Source: an uncultured Thermoanaerobaculia bacterium
GTDB taxonomy: Bacteria; Acidobacteriota; JBCCFW01
Assembly (NCBI GenBank): GCA_964613915.1
Contig: CAZTIW010000019.1
Span: forward strand, 8,240-72,239
Length of the DNA: 64,000 bases
Direction of reading: 5' to 3'
Position 1 is the first letter of the stretch. Each line of letters starts with the position of its first letter. This document shows, piece after piece, positions 1 to 10,800 of this stretch. The notes beneath the pieces were generated by a model. That model was not told the origin of the DNA and ran no database searches. It worked only from the letters and a program-made list of their open reading frames with translations. Both the position numbers and the translations under genes were made by a program.

Positions 1-866
1 AGGTCTTTCTCGGGCCCATCCATCGCGACGTGCGCGAGCTGCTGGATGTCGTCGATCGCACCAAGCCCGACATCGTCTGGAACGCCTGCGAGATCTTCCA
101 GGAGCACCGTCACTACGAGGTCCACATCGCGGCAACGCTCGAGCTCCTCGGCCTGCCCTACACGGGATGCGGATTCGAGTCGCTGTTCCTGTGCAAGGAC
201 AAGGCCCTCAGCAAGAAGATCCTCCGCCACCATCGCGTGGGCGTGCCGCAGTTCGTCGTGTCCCGCCAGCGCAGGCCCATCACGAAGCTGGCGCCGGAGC
301 TCCTGCCCGCGTTCGTGAAGCCCCTCGCGTCCGAGGGCTCGGAGGGCATCTCGAAGGACTCCTTCGCCGACACGGCCGAGAAGGCGCTCGACCGCGTGAG
401 ATTCCTGCACGAGAGCATGGCCACGGACGTCATCATCGAGAAGTTCATCCCCGGCCGGGAACTCTACGTGGGCGTGCTCGGCAACGACCGGCTGCGGGTC
501 TTCCCGCCGCGCGAGCTGCGCTTCGCCAACGTGCCCGAGGGGGAGCCGACCTATGCCACGTACAGCACGAAGTGGAACCTCGAGTACCGCCAGCGCTGGG
601 GCATCGAGAACGCGTTCGCGGAGGGACTGGACGATGCGACGCTGCGCGCGATCGGCCAGACCTGCCGGCGCGCCTACCGGGCGCTCAAGATGCGCGGGTA
701 CGGCCGGCTCGACCTGAGGCTGACCGAGGACGGGCGCCTGCTCGTCATGGAGGCGAACCCCAATCCGGAGATCGCGTTCGGCGAGGACTACGCCGAGGCC
801 GCCTCGCGCGCGGGCATCCCGTACGAGGAACTCGTCACCCGCATCCTGCGCCTGGCGCTCAAGTAG
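1..866 (+). CDS. ATP-grasp enzyme, D-alanine--D-alanine ligase family (5'-truncated; reading frame is open to the window start)
   Basis: Ddl-like C-terminal motifs (EKFIPGRELYVGVLG, LVMEANPNPE). No stop in frame upstream of the GTG at 30, so the N-terminus lies outside the window. Confidence 0.6.
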   Translation, partial: VFLGPIHRDVRELLDVVDRTKPDIVWNACEIFQEHRHYEVHIAATLELLGLPYTGCGFESLFLCKDKALSKKILRHHRVGVPQFVVSRQRRPITKLAPELLPAFVKPLASEGSEGISKDSFADTAEKALDRVRFLHESMATDVIIEKFIPGRELYVGVLGNDRLRVFPPRELRFANVPEGEPTYATYSTKWNLEYRQRWGIENAFAEGLDDATLRAIGQTCRRAYRALKMRGYGRLDLRLTEDGRLLVMEANPNPEIAFGEDYAEAASRAGIPYEELVTRILRLALK

Positions 867-872
867 CGGGCC

Positions 873-3800
873 TCAGGGCCCGCACCCCGTGCCATAGACC
901 GTCGGGTGCGTGTAGGGGAACGGCGGCGGGTCGTTCGGGCCGAGCTTGCGGCCGCGGCGCACGTCCTGATGACCGCTGCGATCGTGCTCGACGATGATCC
1001 GGCCCTGTCCGGGGGCGCCGTTGCCGCACTCATCCGTCGCCGTGAACTCCACCGAGTAGACGCGGAACGAGTCGCGGCCGCAGGCGCCGAGGCGCTCGGC
1101 CCTCACGGCAAACTGCGTGCCGTCCACCGAGAGCACGCAGTCCTCGCCGAAGTGGCCGTCGCCGTTGCCGCCATCGCTCGTCGGTCCCTGGTGAACTTCC
1201 TCGGGCTGGCTGCTGCGGCAGCCCGTCACCGAGACGACGACCTCGCCACAGGTGTCCGTGGCGCTGACGAGATCGGCCGTCTGGTAGACGACGTAGCCGT
1301 GGTTGGGCGGCCAGATGGAGAGCAGGAACTGATCGGGTCCTGGCTGCGAGAACACGGGAGGCGTCGTGTCCACGACGATGTACCGCCGCGTCACGCGCGC
1401 GGACTCGTTCCCGCACTCGTCGGTGGCCCAGAACTCGAACGTCGCGGTGTAGGTGTTGCCGCAGCCCGGCTCCCGGAGCAGTTCCCGTGACGAGGGCGTG
1501 GCGGTCCCGCAGGCGTCCGTCGCGGTCGCGGAGGCCCGCCAGTCCGCTTCGCTGCCCGGCCCCGACGCGGGGGCGGGGCACTCGATGGTGAGATCGGCCG
1601 GCGCGTTCAGAATCGGAGGCGTCGTGTCCACGACCCGGTACGTGCGGCGCACGCGAGGCGACTCGTTCCCGCAGGGATCGGTCGCCCAGAACTCGAAGAC
1701 GGCCACGTAGGTGGCGCCACAGCCAGGCGTCCGGCTCACCTCGGACGACTGCACCGTCGGCGTGCCGCAGCCATCGGTGGCGGTCGCCGATCCGCGCCAG
1801 GCGCTCTCGCTGCCCGGCCCGCTCGCGGGCGCGGGGCACTCGACCGTGAGGTCGGCCGGGGCGCTCAGGACGGGCGGCGTCGTGTCCTCCACGGTGTAGG
1901 TCCGCGTCAGGCGTGACGACTCGTTCCCGCAGGCGTCGGTCGCCCAGAACTCGAAGACGGCCTGATACGTCGCCCCGCAGCGCGGGGTGCGCGACACCTC
2001 CGCGGACTGCGGCGTGGCCGGTCCGCACGAGTCGGTCGCGGTCGCTCGCGAGCGCCACTCGGTCTCGCTGTCCGTGCCGCTGGCCGGCGCGGGACACTCG
2101 ACCGTGATGGCCGCCGGCGGCGACACGACGGGGGGAATGTCGTCCACCACCTGAACGGTCTGGCGTGCCGACGAGGCGTTGCCGCAGCGGTCCGTGGCCG
2201 TCCACGTGCGGCGCAGCGAGTACGTGCCGGGACACGGCCCGTCCACGCGGACCTCGCCGAAGACGACCACCGGGTCGGGGTCGCAGGCGTCCACCGCGGT
2301 GACGGCCGCGGGCGGGGGCACGGACGTGCAGGGCACGGTCGTGTCGGGCGGGACGCCCGTGAGCGTGGGAGCGACCCGGTCCACGACCGTGATCGTCTGC
2401 GTGCGCGACGCCTGGTTGCCGCACGCGTCCGTCGCCGTCCACGTCCGGATGATCGTGTACTCGTCGGGGCAGTGCGCGGCCGGCACGCTCGGCGAGCCGC
2501 GCGTGCCGGGGAAGCGACGCGGGCCGCCCGCGGATTCGGCGGCCGCATGCGTGGCGCTCGTGGTCTGGCTGAACGTCACGACGGGCGCCGGGTCGCAGGC
2601 GTCGGTGGCCGTCACGGCGGGCGGTGGCGGGATGGCGTCGCACGGCGCCTCTTGATCGGCGGGCACGCCCACGAGCGTCGGAGGGGTCTGATCCACGACG
2701 GTGATGCGCTGCGTGCGGCTCGCGGTGTTGCCGCACGCGTCGCGCGCGGTCCAGGTGCGCACGATCACGCTCTCCTGCGGGCACGGGCCCGGCTGGGTCT
2801 GCTCGCTGAGCGTGACGACGGGCGCGGGATCGCACGTGTCGGTGGCCGTCACGCCGGCGGGCGGCGGGATCGCGTGGCAGGGCGCCTGCTGATCGGCGGG
2901 CACGCCCAGCAGGGTCGGGGGAGCCTGATCCACGACGGTGACGCGTTGCGTGCGGCTCGCGGCGTTGCCGCAGTCGTCGCGGGCGGTCCAGGTGCGGACC
3001 AGCACGCGCTCCTGCGGACAGGCGCCTGGCACGACCTGCTCGCTGAACGTGACGACTGGCGCGGGATCGCACGCGTCGGTCGCCGTGACGGTCGCGGGGG
3101 GCGGAACGGCGTCGCAGGCGGCCTGCTGATCCGGGGGGACGCCCACGAGGCTCGGCGCCACCGTGTCGCGCGTCTCGTACCAGGCGAAGGCCTCGCCCTC
3201 GTTGCCGCAGGGATCCACGGCCGAGAAGCGGTACCTCGTCCGCGAGGCGCCCCGGCACGGGGTCAGCTGCTGCACCACGGCCGTGACGACCGGGAGCTGT
3301 CCGGCGCACGCGTCGCTCGCGGTCGCCGAGGCCAGCCAGGCCGCGAGGTCCGAGGCGGGCGTCGTGCACTCCACGACGCGATCCGGCGGCGCCTGCACGA
3401 CGGGCGGGGTCGAGTCGGTCTCGGCCCATGTTCGCCGGCAGGTCGTGACGTTCCCGCACGCGTCCTGGGCTCGGAACTCGTGGATCTCGCTGAACGTGCC
3501 GGCGCATGGGCCGGTCGAGCTCACGAGCGTGGTCGTGACCGGCCGCGGGCCCGAGCACGCGTCCGTGGCCGTGGCGGAGTTCAGCCATGCCTGGCGCGCC
3601 GCTGGACCCGAGCCGGGGCCACCGCACTCGGAGCTCTGGTTCGACGGGCAGGTCAGCACGGGCGGGACGAGGTCGCGCAGGTCCACGCTCGCCGTGCACT
3701 CGGCGAACGCGCTGTCCGGATCGGTCACGCGCAACTGCACCAGGCAGAACGCGCACGAGAGCGAGGGAACCCTGAGGATCGGCGTGGCCGACGTGGCGTC

Positions 3801-5546
3801 GTTGAACGTGGCTCCGGGGCAGGTCGTTGTCCACAGGTACGTCAGCGGATCGCCGTCCGGATCGCTCGAGCCCGTGCCGTCCAGCTGGATGAACTGCGTG
3901 CCGGGGCTCGGGCAGGTCGCGGCGTACGGGCCACCAGCATCGCAGGTCGGATCGTGGTTGCACTCGACCTGGATGGAACTCGTGCGCTGGTCGGCGCCAG
4001 GCTCCGGATCGCAGGCGCTCGCCGACGGGTTCTCGGTGCACTCGAGGATCAGGTCCCCGTAGTCCACCGTGGCCGTGACGACGGTCGTCGTCACCGGGCC
4101 GACGTCCACGACGTCGAGCCGCCCGCACACTTGCGCCGAGAAGCCGGGGCCGAGCGTCAGGGCGTGGTCGTTCGCGTCGGCTTCGTTCTCGACGTGAAGG
4201 ATGAATCCCGGCGCGACGAGGCAGCCGATGTTGCGCACGGTCGCGCAGTAGTCCACGAAGCAACCGACGCCGCTGGTGAGCACCAGGCTCTCGATCACGA
4301 TCTCCGGCAGCCGGTTCACCGCAGCCTGAGCCGAGCAGAAGTTGTCGTGGATCTCGAACCCTTCCGAGCCCGTGCCGTTGCAGTTGGCGAAGAGATCCCA
4401 GATGCAGCCGGCCCACGAACGGAAGTTGAGGATGTAGACGCCACAGAGCGCGGGATCGCCCGCGAAGGCCACGTCCATGACGCGCTGGTCGCCCGGCCCT
4501 CCCGGATCGTTCGCGCCGCCGCCGGTGCAGTTCGTGGCGTTCCAGCAGACCTCGCCGCCCGACGCGTTGAAGCCGGCGTTGTTGGTCACCGTGATCGCGA
4601 TCGGGAAGCGGTTCTCGTCGAAGACGCTGATGCAGCCGGACTCCACGTCGAAGAGCGGCACGTGCATGACGCGGCCGCAGTCGGCCACGACGTACATCTC
4701 GAACGACCGGTTGGTCGAGTCCACGAAACCCGTGTTCGGATTGACCTCGGGGTCGCCCGCCTGGCACGGCGTGGGCGCGCCCGAGAGGCAGCGCGCGCAG
4801 CCGAGCTGCGGGCCGGCGGAGCAGAACCGGTTGTCGTCGAAGATCCAGCGGCGCGGGTTCACGCCAGGCTCGTACGGGATCTCGCCCACGTCCTCGGGTG
4901 GAGCCGGCCGGCAGGGCGTCGGCACCAGCGACTGGTGCAGCCGGATGTCGTCGAGCAGGATGGACGACGCCCCCGTCGAGTCCACGCCGTCGCCCACGAC
5001 GGCTTCGAGCACGTGGGCGCCGGGGCTGAGGGGAAGGCCTCCGCCGAGGTCCATCCAGGCGGTCGCCCGGTCGCCGGGCGCCAGCACGCCGGTGGCTTCC
5101 ACGGCCATGCCCGCCACGTCGCCGCACGCGAAGGGCTCGCCGTCGAGGAGCAGCATCCACCAGTCCCCGAACGCGGCGCCGTCGGTCGTCACGAACGCGA
5201 GGCGCAGGTTCAGCACGGAGGACTCGCGCGCCTCGAAGCTCATGGACCAGCGCGTCTGCGCCAGCCCGTCGTCGCTGGCGGCGTCGCCCGTGGCGAGCTG
5301 CAGCACGGCGTCGCCGGCCGCGCCCTCCGCCAGCAGGGCCGTGGGGGAGGGGATCACGCGGGCCGACCCGGGCCGGTTCGCGGGCGCCACGGCATCGCCG
5401 GCCTGGCACGTCGCGGAACTCGGACCGACGCTCGAGCCGACAACCGTCCCCGACAGAAGGCCGTCGTCGAAGGTCGCGAGCGGGTGGGCGCTCGCGGCGC
5501 TCGCCAGCAGGCTCGCCAGCAGCGCGGCGTGAAGTCGGCGCATCAC
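873..5546 (-). CDS. Giant secreted surface protein (about 1557 aa) with multiple HYR-like repeats (D-T-PP-x-CP...ATDxCGN...TxRxxTVxD) and an N-terminal signal peptide
   Basis: Start at Met36 of the ORF (MRRLHAALLASLLASAASA signal peptide). At least 8 tandem ~80-aa repeats carrying the HYR-like signature. TGATG overlap with the upstream gene. The long reverse-frame ORFs over this region are Arg-rich artefacts. Confidence 0.7.
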   Translation of the reverse strand: MMRRLHAALLASLLASAASAHPLATFDDGLLSGTVVGSSVGPSSATCQAGDAVAPANRPGSARVIPSPTALLAEGAAGDAVLQLATGDAASDDGLAQTRWSMSFEARESSVLNLRLAFVTTDGAAFGDWWMLLLDGEPFACGDVAGMAVEATGVLAPGDRATAWMDLGGGLPLSPGAHVLEAVVGDGVDSTGASSILLDDIRLHQSLVPTPCRPAPPEDVGEIPYEPGVNPRRWIFDDNRFCSAGPQLGCARCLSGAPTPCQAGDPEVNPNTGFVDSTNRSFEMYVVADCGRVMHVPLFDVESGCISVFDENRFPIAITVTNNAGFNASGGEVCWNATNCTGGGANDPGGPGDQRVMDVAFAGDPALCGVYILNFRSWAGCIWDLFANCNGTGSEGFEIHDNFCSAQAAVNRLPEIVIESLVLTSGVGCFVDYCATVRNIGCLVAPGFILHVENEADANDHALTLGPGFSAQVCGRLDVVDVGPVTTTVVTATVDYGDLILECTENPSASACDPEPGADQRTSSIQVECNHDPTCDAGGPYAATCPSPGTQFIQLDGTGSSDPDGDPLTYLWTTTCPGATFNDATSATPILRVPSLSCAFCLVQLRVTDPDSAFAECTASVDLRDLVPPVLTCPSNQSSECGGPGSGPAARQAWLNSATATDACSGPRPVTTTLVSSTGPCAGTFSEIHEFRAQDACGNVTTCRRTWAETDSTPPVVQAPPDRVVECTTPASDLAAWLASATASDACAGQLPVVTAVVQQLTPCRGASRTRYRFSAVDPCGNEGEAFAWYETRDTVAPSLVGVPPDQQAACDAVPPPATVTATDACDPAPVVTFSEQVVPGACPQERVLVRTWTARDDCGNAASRTQRVTVVDQAPPTLLGVPADQQAPCHAIPPPAGVTATDTCDPAPVVTLSEQTQPGPCPQESVIVRTWTARDACGNTASRTQRITVVDQTPPTLVGVPADQEAPCDAIPPPPAVTATDACDPAPVVTFSQTTSATHAAAESAGGPRRFPGTRGSPSVPAAHCPDEYTIIRTWTATDACGNQASRTQTITVVDRVAPTLTGVPPDTTVPCTSVPPPAAVTAVDACDPDPVVVFGEVRVDGPCPGTYSLRRTWTATDRCGNASSARQTVQVVDDIPPVVSPPAAITVECPAPASGTDSETEWRSRATATDSCGPATPQSAEVSRTPRCGATYQAVFEFWATDACGNESSRLTRTYTVEDTTPPVLSAPADLTVECPAPASGPGSESAWRGSATATDGCGTPTVQSSEVSRTPGCGATYVAVFEFWATDPCGNESPRVRRTYRVVDTTPPILNAPADLTIECPAPASGPGSEADWRASATATDACGTATPSSRELLREPGCGNTYTATFEFWATDECGNESARVTRRYIVVDTTPPVFSQPGPDQFLLSIWPPNHGYVVYQTADLVSATDTCGEVVVSVTGCRSSQPEEVHQGPTSDGGNGDGHFGEDCVLSVDGTQFAVRAERLGACGRDSFRVYSVEFTATDECGNGAPGQGRIIVEHDRSGHQDVRRGRKLGPNDPPPFPYTHPTVYGTGCGP

Positions 5547-6127
5547 TGCATCCCTCCGGCGGTCACCACCGCCAGGCGCACCGCAGCGACGGCGCCGGCG
5601 AGATCCACGCTGTCGGCGGCCCGGACCGCCGCCGGCACGAGGGCGGTGCACGCGGCGTCGTCCAGCCCGGCAGCGCCAGGGGCCGTCGCGCGAAGCCGAC
5701 GCGCGACCTCGCGGCGATCCCGTCCCTCCCGCGGTCCCGCGATGCTGAGAACCTGCGTGATCGACAGCGTCAGCGGTCCGACCGCGAGGAGAGGCTCCGT
5801 GCGCGCCCCGCGCAGCAACAGGGAGGCCGAGACCATGTCGAGAATCGAGGGGCCCAGCGCGCGGACCTCATCGCGCATGAGGCCCGTGTCCGCGAGCGCG
5901 GCATCGAGCGCCGCCCGGCCGGCGGACGTGCCCAGCGCCGCGAGTTGAGCGGGCGAAAGCGTGGCGACCTGGCTCTCCAGCGCCGGTGCGAGGGGTGAGT
6001 GGGGCTGCTGTCGCCGGGCCTGCGCCTGCTGCCACGTGCTCTCGACGCCGCCGGGAGAGGCGAGCGCGAGGTGGGGCATGACGACGAGAAGCAGGCAGGA
6101 CGGCAGCCGCCGGGCGAGGGGGAGCAT
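5543..6127 (-). CDS. Small secreted hypothetical protein, translationally coupled to the giant HYR protein
   Basis: Signal-peptide-like MLPLARRLPSCLLLVVMPHLALASPGG. Its stop overlaps the downstream start (TGATG). The start could instead be Met1 at 6166. Confidence 0.4.
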   Translation of the reverse strand: MLPLARRLPSCLLLVVMPHLALASPGGVESTWQQAQARRQQPHSPLAPALESQVATLSPAQLAALGTSAGRAALDAALADTGLMRDEVRALGPSILDMVSASLLLRGARTEPLLAVGPLTLSITQVLSIAGPREGRDRREVARRLRATAPGAAGLDDAACTALVPAAVRAADSVDLAGAVAAVRLAVVTAGGMQ

Positions 6128-6437
6128 GGGATCCTCCGCGCGGGGACATGAGCGCGTCTGCGCCAAGGGTCGTGCCGCGCGCGCGCGCGGTCAACCCGGG
6201 AGCAAGATCCGTGGATCGTTCTCCGCCGGGTCGAATGGCCACGGGGCGTGGCCGGCTGCGCGCGAGAGCGCCGGGCTGGCCGTGGGCGCCCGTCGGGTCA
6301 GGCGGCGGGACGGGGCTCCAGGGGATGGCTGCCGAGCTGGCTCCAGGGACGCCGCCTGTCCGCAGGGCCTGCGGACCGCACGGCCGGCCCGCGCGCATGC
6401 GGAGCGCCATGAGCCTGGCTCATGGCGGGGCTGGGCG

Positions 6438-6872
6438 TCAGTTGCCGCCGGTGGCAGGGATCTCGACGGGCGTGAGCGTCGGCTGGATCTGGATGGGCTG
6501 CGGCGCGCCACCGGACATCAGCCGAGCTCGCTCGGCCGGATCCGACGGCGGCGGGCCCTGGTGCCAGTGCGCGTGCGCCGGGTCGTAGTGGCAGTTGGTC
6601 GGGGCGTCGAACTCCCAGGGCTCGCCGGTGCGCGTGGGGCAGGGACCTTGCGGCGGCGGCTGCGCTGGCGTCGCCGAGGTCGCGGCCGTCGCCGGCGGTG
6701 GCGCGGGCGCGGCGACGGGAGCCGGCGGTCGCTTGAACAGCGTGGCGTAGAGGACCGCGCCGAGCACGACGCCGATGGCGACCATCCCGATCATGTTGAT
6801 CCAGTTCGTGCCGCCAGACCTGGAGTCGGATCCGGATTCCGAACCGTGCTGCTTCTTGAGGCGATTGGACAT
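6438..6872 (-). CDS. Small single-pass membrane protein with a Pro-rich, His-containing C-terminal domain (hypothetical)
   Basis: One transmembrane segment (MIGMVAIGVVLGAVLYATLF) and a Pro/Ala-rich linker. Codon usage is plausible. Sits divergent to the act operon. Confidence 0.4.
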   Translation of the reverse strand: MSNRLKKQHGSESGSDSRSGGTNWINMIGMVAIGVVLGAVLYATLFKRPPAPVAAPAPPPATAATSATPAQPPPQGPCPTRTGEPWEFDAPTNCHYDPAHAHWHQGPPPSDPAERARLMSGGAPQPIQIQPTLTPVEIPATGGN

Positions 6873-7241
6873 GGGCGAATCATGTCATCACCCGGGCCCG
6901 GATGCGGCGGCGCGCCCGTCAGCCGGTCGCGCTGCCGGCCCGATCCGGAGGGCCACCCTGCGTGGCGTCGCGGGCCGCACGGGACCGGCGCCACGAGCCA
7001 CGGACATGACCTGCGTCACGCCGCGGCACGCGGCTCGCTGCGGCGGCCTGCGTGGCGAAAGACACGCGCGCCCGCGTGGCGATGGACTCGCCGAACGGCG
7101 CTTTGGTACGGTACGCGCGCTCGCGGAAGGTCCTCTCGCCGCCGGCGCGCGGGGTGGCGCGTCCGGGCCCGCTCGTGGCCCGCACGCCCGGCCCACGCGG
7201 TGATTCGGGAGGGCTCGTCCCCGCCAGCTTCAGGAACGCGC

Positions 7242-7889
7242 ATGGCCGTCATCTTTCCGCGTTGGACCAACCTGCTGCCCGTCGTCGTGGCGGGAGCGGT
7301 CATGGTCGCGCTTCCGACCGCCGTGTTCGGCACGTGGTACTGGTTCTCCCCCAAGTTCACGGACGTCGGCCACCAGCCGGAGCAGCCCGTTCCGTTCAGC
7401 CACGCCCTGCACGCGGGCGGCCTCGGGCTCGACTGCCGGTACTGCCATTCGACGGTCGAGCGGTCCGCATTTGCGGCCATCCCGCCGACGCAGACCTGCA
7501 TGAACTGCCACGCGAGCGTCAAGAAGGACAGCCCGCTACTCGAGCTCGTGCGCAAGTCGTGGGAGACCGACGAGCCGATCCACTGGCGGCGCGTGCACCT
7601 CCTGCCGGACTACGCGTTCTTCGATCACTCCGTGCACCTCGCCGCTGGCGTCGGATGCGTGTCGTGTCACGGTCGCGTGGACCAGATGGACGTCGTGGCG
7701 CAGAAGGAACCCCTGTCCATGTCGTGGTGCCTGTCATGTCATCGCAATCCCGAACCGTTCCTGCGCCCCGCGAGTGAAGTGACCAACATGACCTGGAACG
7801 CGGCCACCGCCGGCTACGACCCTGCGGCCGATCCCGCGCGCAAGCGGACCGTCAAGCCACCCGAGCACTGCTCCGGGTGTCACCGATGA
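7242..7889 (+). CDS. actA: Alternative Complex III subunit ActA, pentaheme cytochrome c
   Basis: Five CxxCH motifs (CRYCH, CMNCH, CVSCH, CLSCH, CSGCH) plus an N-terminal membrane anchor. The upstream 427 aa of the track ORF is Arg/Gly-rich and rejected as coding. Confidence 0.85.
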   Translation: MAVIFPRWTNLLPVVVAGAVMVALPTAVFGTWYWFSPKFTDVGHQPEQPVPFSHALHAGGLGLDCRYCHSTVERSAFAAIPPTQTCMNCHASVKKDSPLLELVRKSWETDEPIHWRRVHLLPDYAFFDHSVHLAAGVGCVSCHGRVDQMDVVAQKEPLSMSWCLSCHRNPEPFLRPASEVTNMTWNAATAGYDPAADPARKRTVKPPEHCSGCHR

Positions 7890-10800
7890 GCGACTCCATG
7901 CAGCCGACCCCGCAAGCTCCTGCCCCGCGCGGCGAGCAGTACTGGCGCCGCCTTCCGTCCGATCAGGACGCCGCCACGGCCGAGAGCCGCCGCGAGTTCG
8001 CGGACGGCGCCGATGTCGTCGAGATGAACGACGTCTCCCGGCGCGAGTTCCTCGGCGTCATGGGCGCCTCCCTGGCGCTCGCCGGCCTCTCCACGACGGG
8101 CTGCACGCACCTGCGCAAGACGCCCGAGGAAATCCTCCCGTACGCGCGTCGTCCCGAAGACCTGGTGCCCGGCCGCGCGATGTTCTTCGCGACGGCGGCG
8201 CACGTGGCTGGCTCGGTGCTCGGCCTGCTCGTCGAGAGCCACGAGGGCCGCCCGACCAAGATCGAGGGCAACCCCGATCATCCGATGAGCCTCGGCGGCA
8301 CGTCGGTCTGGGCGCAGGCCGAGATCCTGGGGTTCTACGATCCCGATCGCAGCACCTCCGCCACGCAGGGCGCGTCGGCCTCCACGGTGGACGCGGCCAT
8401 CGCCGCCCTCGCGGCGCGCCTGGCCGAAGCGAAGGCCAGCGGGGGCCTCGGCATCGTGACGGACGCGCGCCCCTCGCGGACGCGCCAGCGCCTCATCGAC
8501 GCGCTCGCCGCCGCGACGCCCGGAACGCGCGTCTTCGTCTCCGACGCCACCGCCCGCACGGCCTCGGCCGCGGGCGCGCGCCTCGCGGGCGCGCCGGCCG
8601 GCACGCGGGCCGTGCCCGACCTGAGCAAGGCCGCGGTCATCGCCGCGTTCGACGCGGACTTCCTCGGCACCGATGGCGATGCCGTCCGGCACTCCCGGCA
8701 CTTCGCCTCGCGCCGCAAGCCCGAGGATCCGTCGGCCGAGATGAATCGCCTTTACGCCGTCGAGGCCGCCTTCACGCTGACCGGAGCGCTGGCCGATCAC
8801 CGGCTTCGCGTGAAGTCGAGCCGCGTGGCGGGCGTGCTCGCGGCGCTCGCGACCCGGCTCGGCGTTCCGGCCGACGCGGCGGCTGCGCTCGCCGCGGCGC
8901 GCGTGGACGACGCCGACAAGCGATTCCTGGATGCTCTCGCCGACGACCTGCGTCGGGCGGGAAGCTCCGCGCTCGTCCTGGTGGGAGAGCGCCAGCCGGC
9001 CGCGGCCCACGCGCTGGCCCATCTCATCCACGAGCAGCTCGGCGCCATCGGGAACACCGTGAGCGTGGTTGCCGACGCCGCGCCGGCAGGCGAGGGCCTC
9101 GCCGCCCTGGCCGAGGCCCTCCGCGGCGGAAGCGTCAAGACGCTCGTGGTTCTCGGCGCGAACCCGGCGCACGATGCGCCGGGCGACCTGAAGATGGCCG
9201 AGGCGATCGGCGCGTGCGGCTTCAGCCTGCACCTCGGGCTCACGCGGGACGAGACCGCGCGGGCGTGCCAGTGGCACGTGCCCCAGGCGCACTGGCTCGA
9301 GGCCTGGGACGACCTCGTGGCGGCGGATGGCACGGTGGCCATCACGCAGCCGCTCATCGCTCCGCTCCACGGCGGCATCTCCGACATCGAACTGCTCGCC
9401 CGCGCGTCCGGCGACGCGTCGCCGGCCCTCGCGCTCGTGCAGGCGACGGCGGGGCTCGACGCCGCGGCGTGGAAGGCCGGCCTGCAGAAGGGAGTGATCC
9501 CCGGGGCCGCGCCCGCCGTGGCTGCGGCGCCGGCGAGCCCGCGCGATCTCGCGCCGCTGGCGGCCGCTCTCGCCGCGATTCCCGCGGCGGGCGACGGCCT
9601 CGAGGCCGACTTCATCCTCGACATGTCCATCCTGGATGGCCGCTACGCGAACAACGCATGGCTCCAGGAGCTCCCCGATCCCATGACGAAGATGACGTGG
9701 GACAACGTCGTGTCCGTCAGCAAGGCGACTGCGGCGAAGCTGAGCGTGAAGGACGGCGACGTCCTCGAAGTGAAGACCCCGGCGGGCGCGACGACGATTC
9801 CCGTGTTCGTGGCGCCGGGCATCGCCGATGACGTGCTCGTGCTGCCGCTCGGCTACGGCCGGGCGGATCTGGGCCGGGTCGCGAACGGCGTCGGCTCCTC
9901 GGTCGCCGCGCTGCGCGCGGCGGCGTCGCCGTACTGGGCCAGCGCGACCGCGTCGGCCACGGGGCGTCGCGTGAAGCTGGCGACGACGCAGGAGCACGGC
10001 ACGCTGTACGAGGATCACGGCCCGCACCTCGAGCGCGCCGATCTCGTGCGCGAGACCCGGCTCGATCAGTGGCGCGAGGAGCCCATGTTCATCCGCGAGA
10101 TGGACATCGTCTCGGACGAGCTTCTCGCGAACCAGCTCTTCAAGTCGCCCAACCAGGTTGACGGCCAGCAGTGGGGGATGACGATCGACCTGTCCGCGTG
10201 CACGGGCTGCTCGGCCTGCACCATCGCGTGCCAGGCCGAGAACAACATCCCCGTCGTGGGACGTGATCGCGTGCTGCAGGGCCGCGAGATGCACTGGATC
10301 CGCGTGGACCGGTACTTCCGCGGCCCGGAGGAAAACCCCGACGCGGCGATCCACCAGCCCGTGCCCTGCATGCAGTGCGAGACGGCGCCGTGCGAGCAGG
10401 TCTGCCCCGTGGCGGCGACCACGCACTCCACGGATGGTCTCAACGACATGGTCTACAACCGCTGCATCGGCACGCGGTACTGCGCGAACAACTGCCCCTA
10501 CAAGGTTCGCCGCTTCAACTTCTTCAACTACGCGCGCGAGAACGACACGCTGATGCTCCCCGGCGAGCCCGTGGACGATCGCCCGATCCTCGACCAGGTG
10601 TTCCAGAAGAACCAGCCGGCGACGCTCCTCGCGCTCCAGCGCAACCCGAACGTCACGGTGCGCTTCCGGGGCGTCATGGAGAAGTGCACGTACTGCGTCC
10701 AGCGCATCAGCCGCTCGCGCATCGACGCCAAGGTCCACGGGGACGGCGTCATCCCGGACGGCGGCGTCGTGACCGCGTGCCAGCAGGCATGCCCGGCGGA

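Noticed and set aside
1030-5409. 1459-aa plus-frame-shifted ORF (and the 2472..5948 + 1158-aa ORF) overlapping the giant HYR gene
   Set aside because: Extremely Arg/Gly/Pro-rich, with no motifs. These are typical alternate-frame artefacts of about 72% GC DNA opposite or alongside a real gene.
5961-7241. N-terminal 427 aa of the 642-aa ORF upstream of actA
   Set aside because: Arg/Gly-rich, with no start context. It overlaps the divergent small gene and the act promoter region. Only the C-terminal pentaheme part (from 7242) is genuine.
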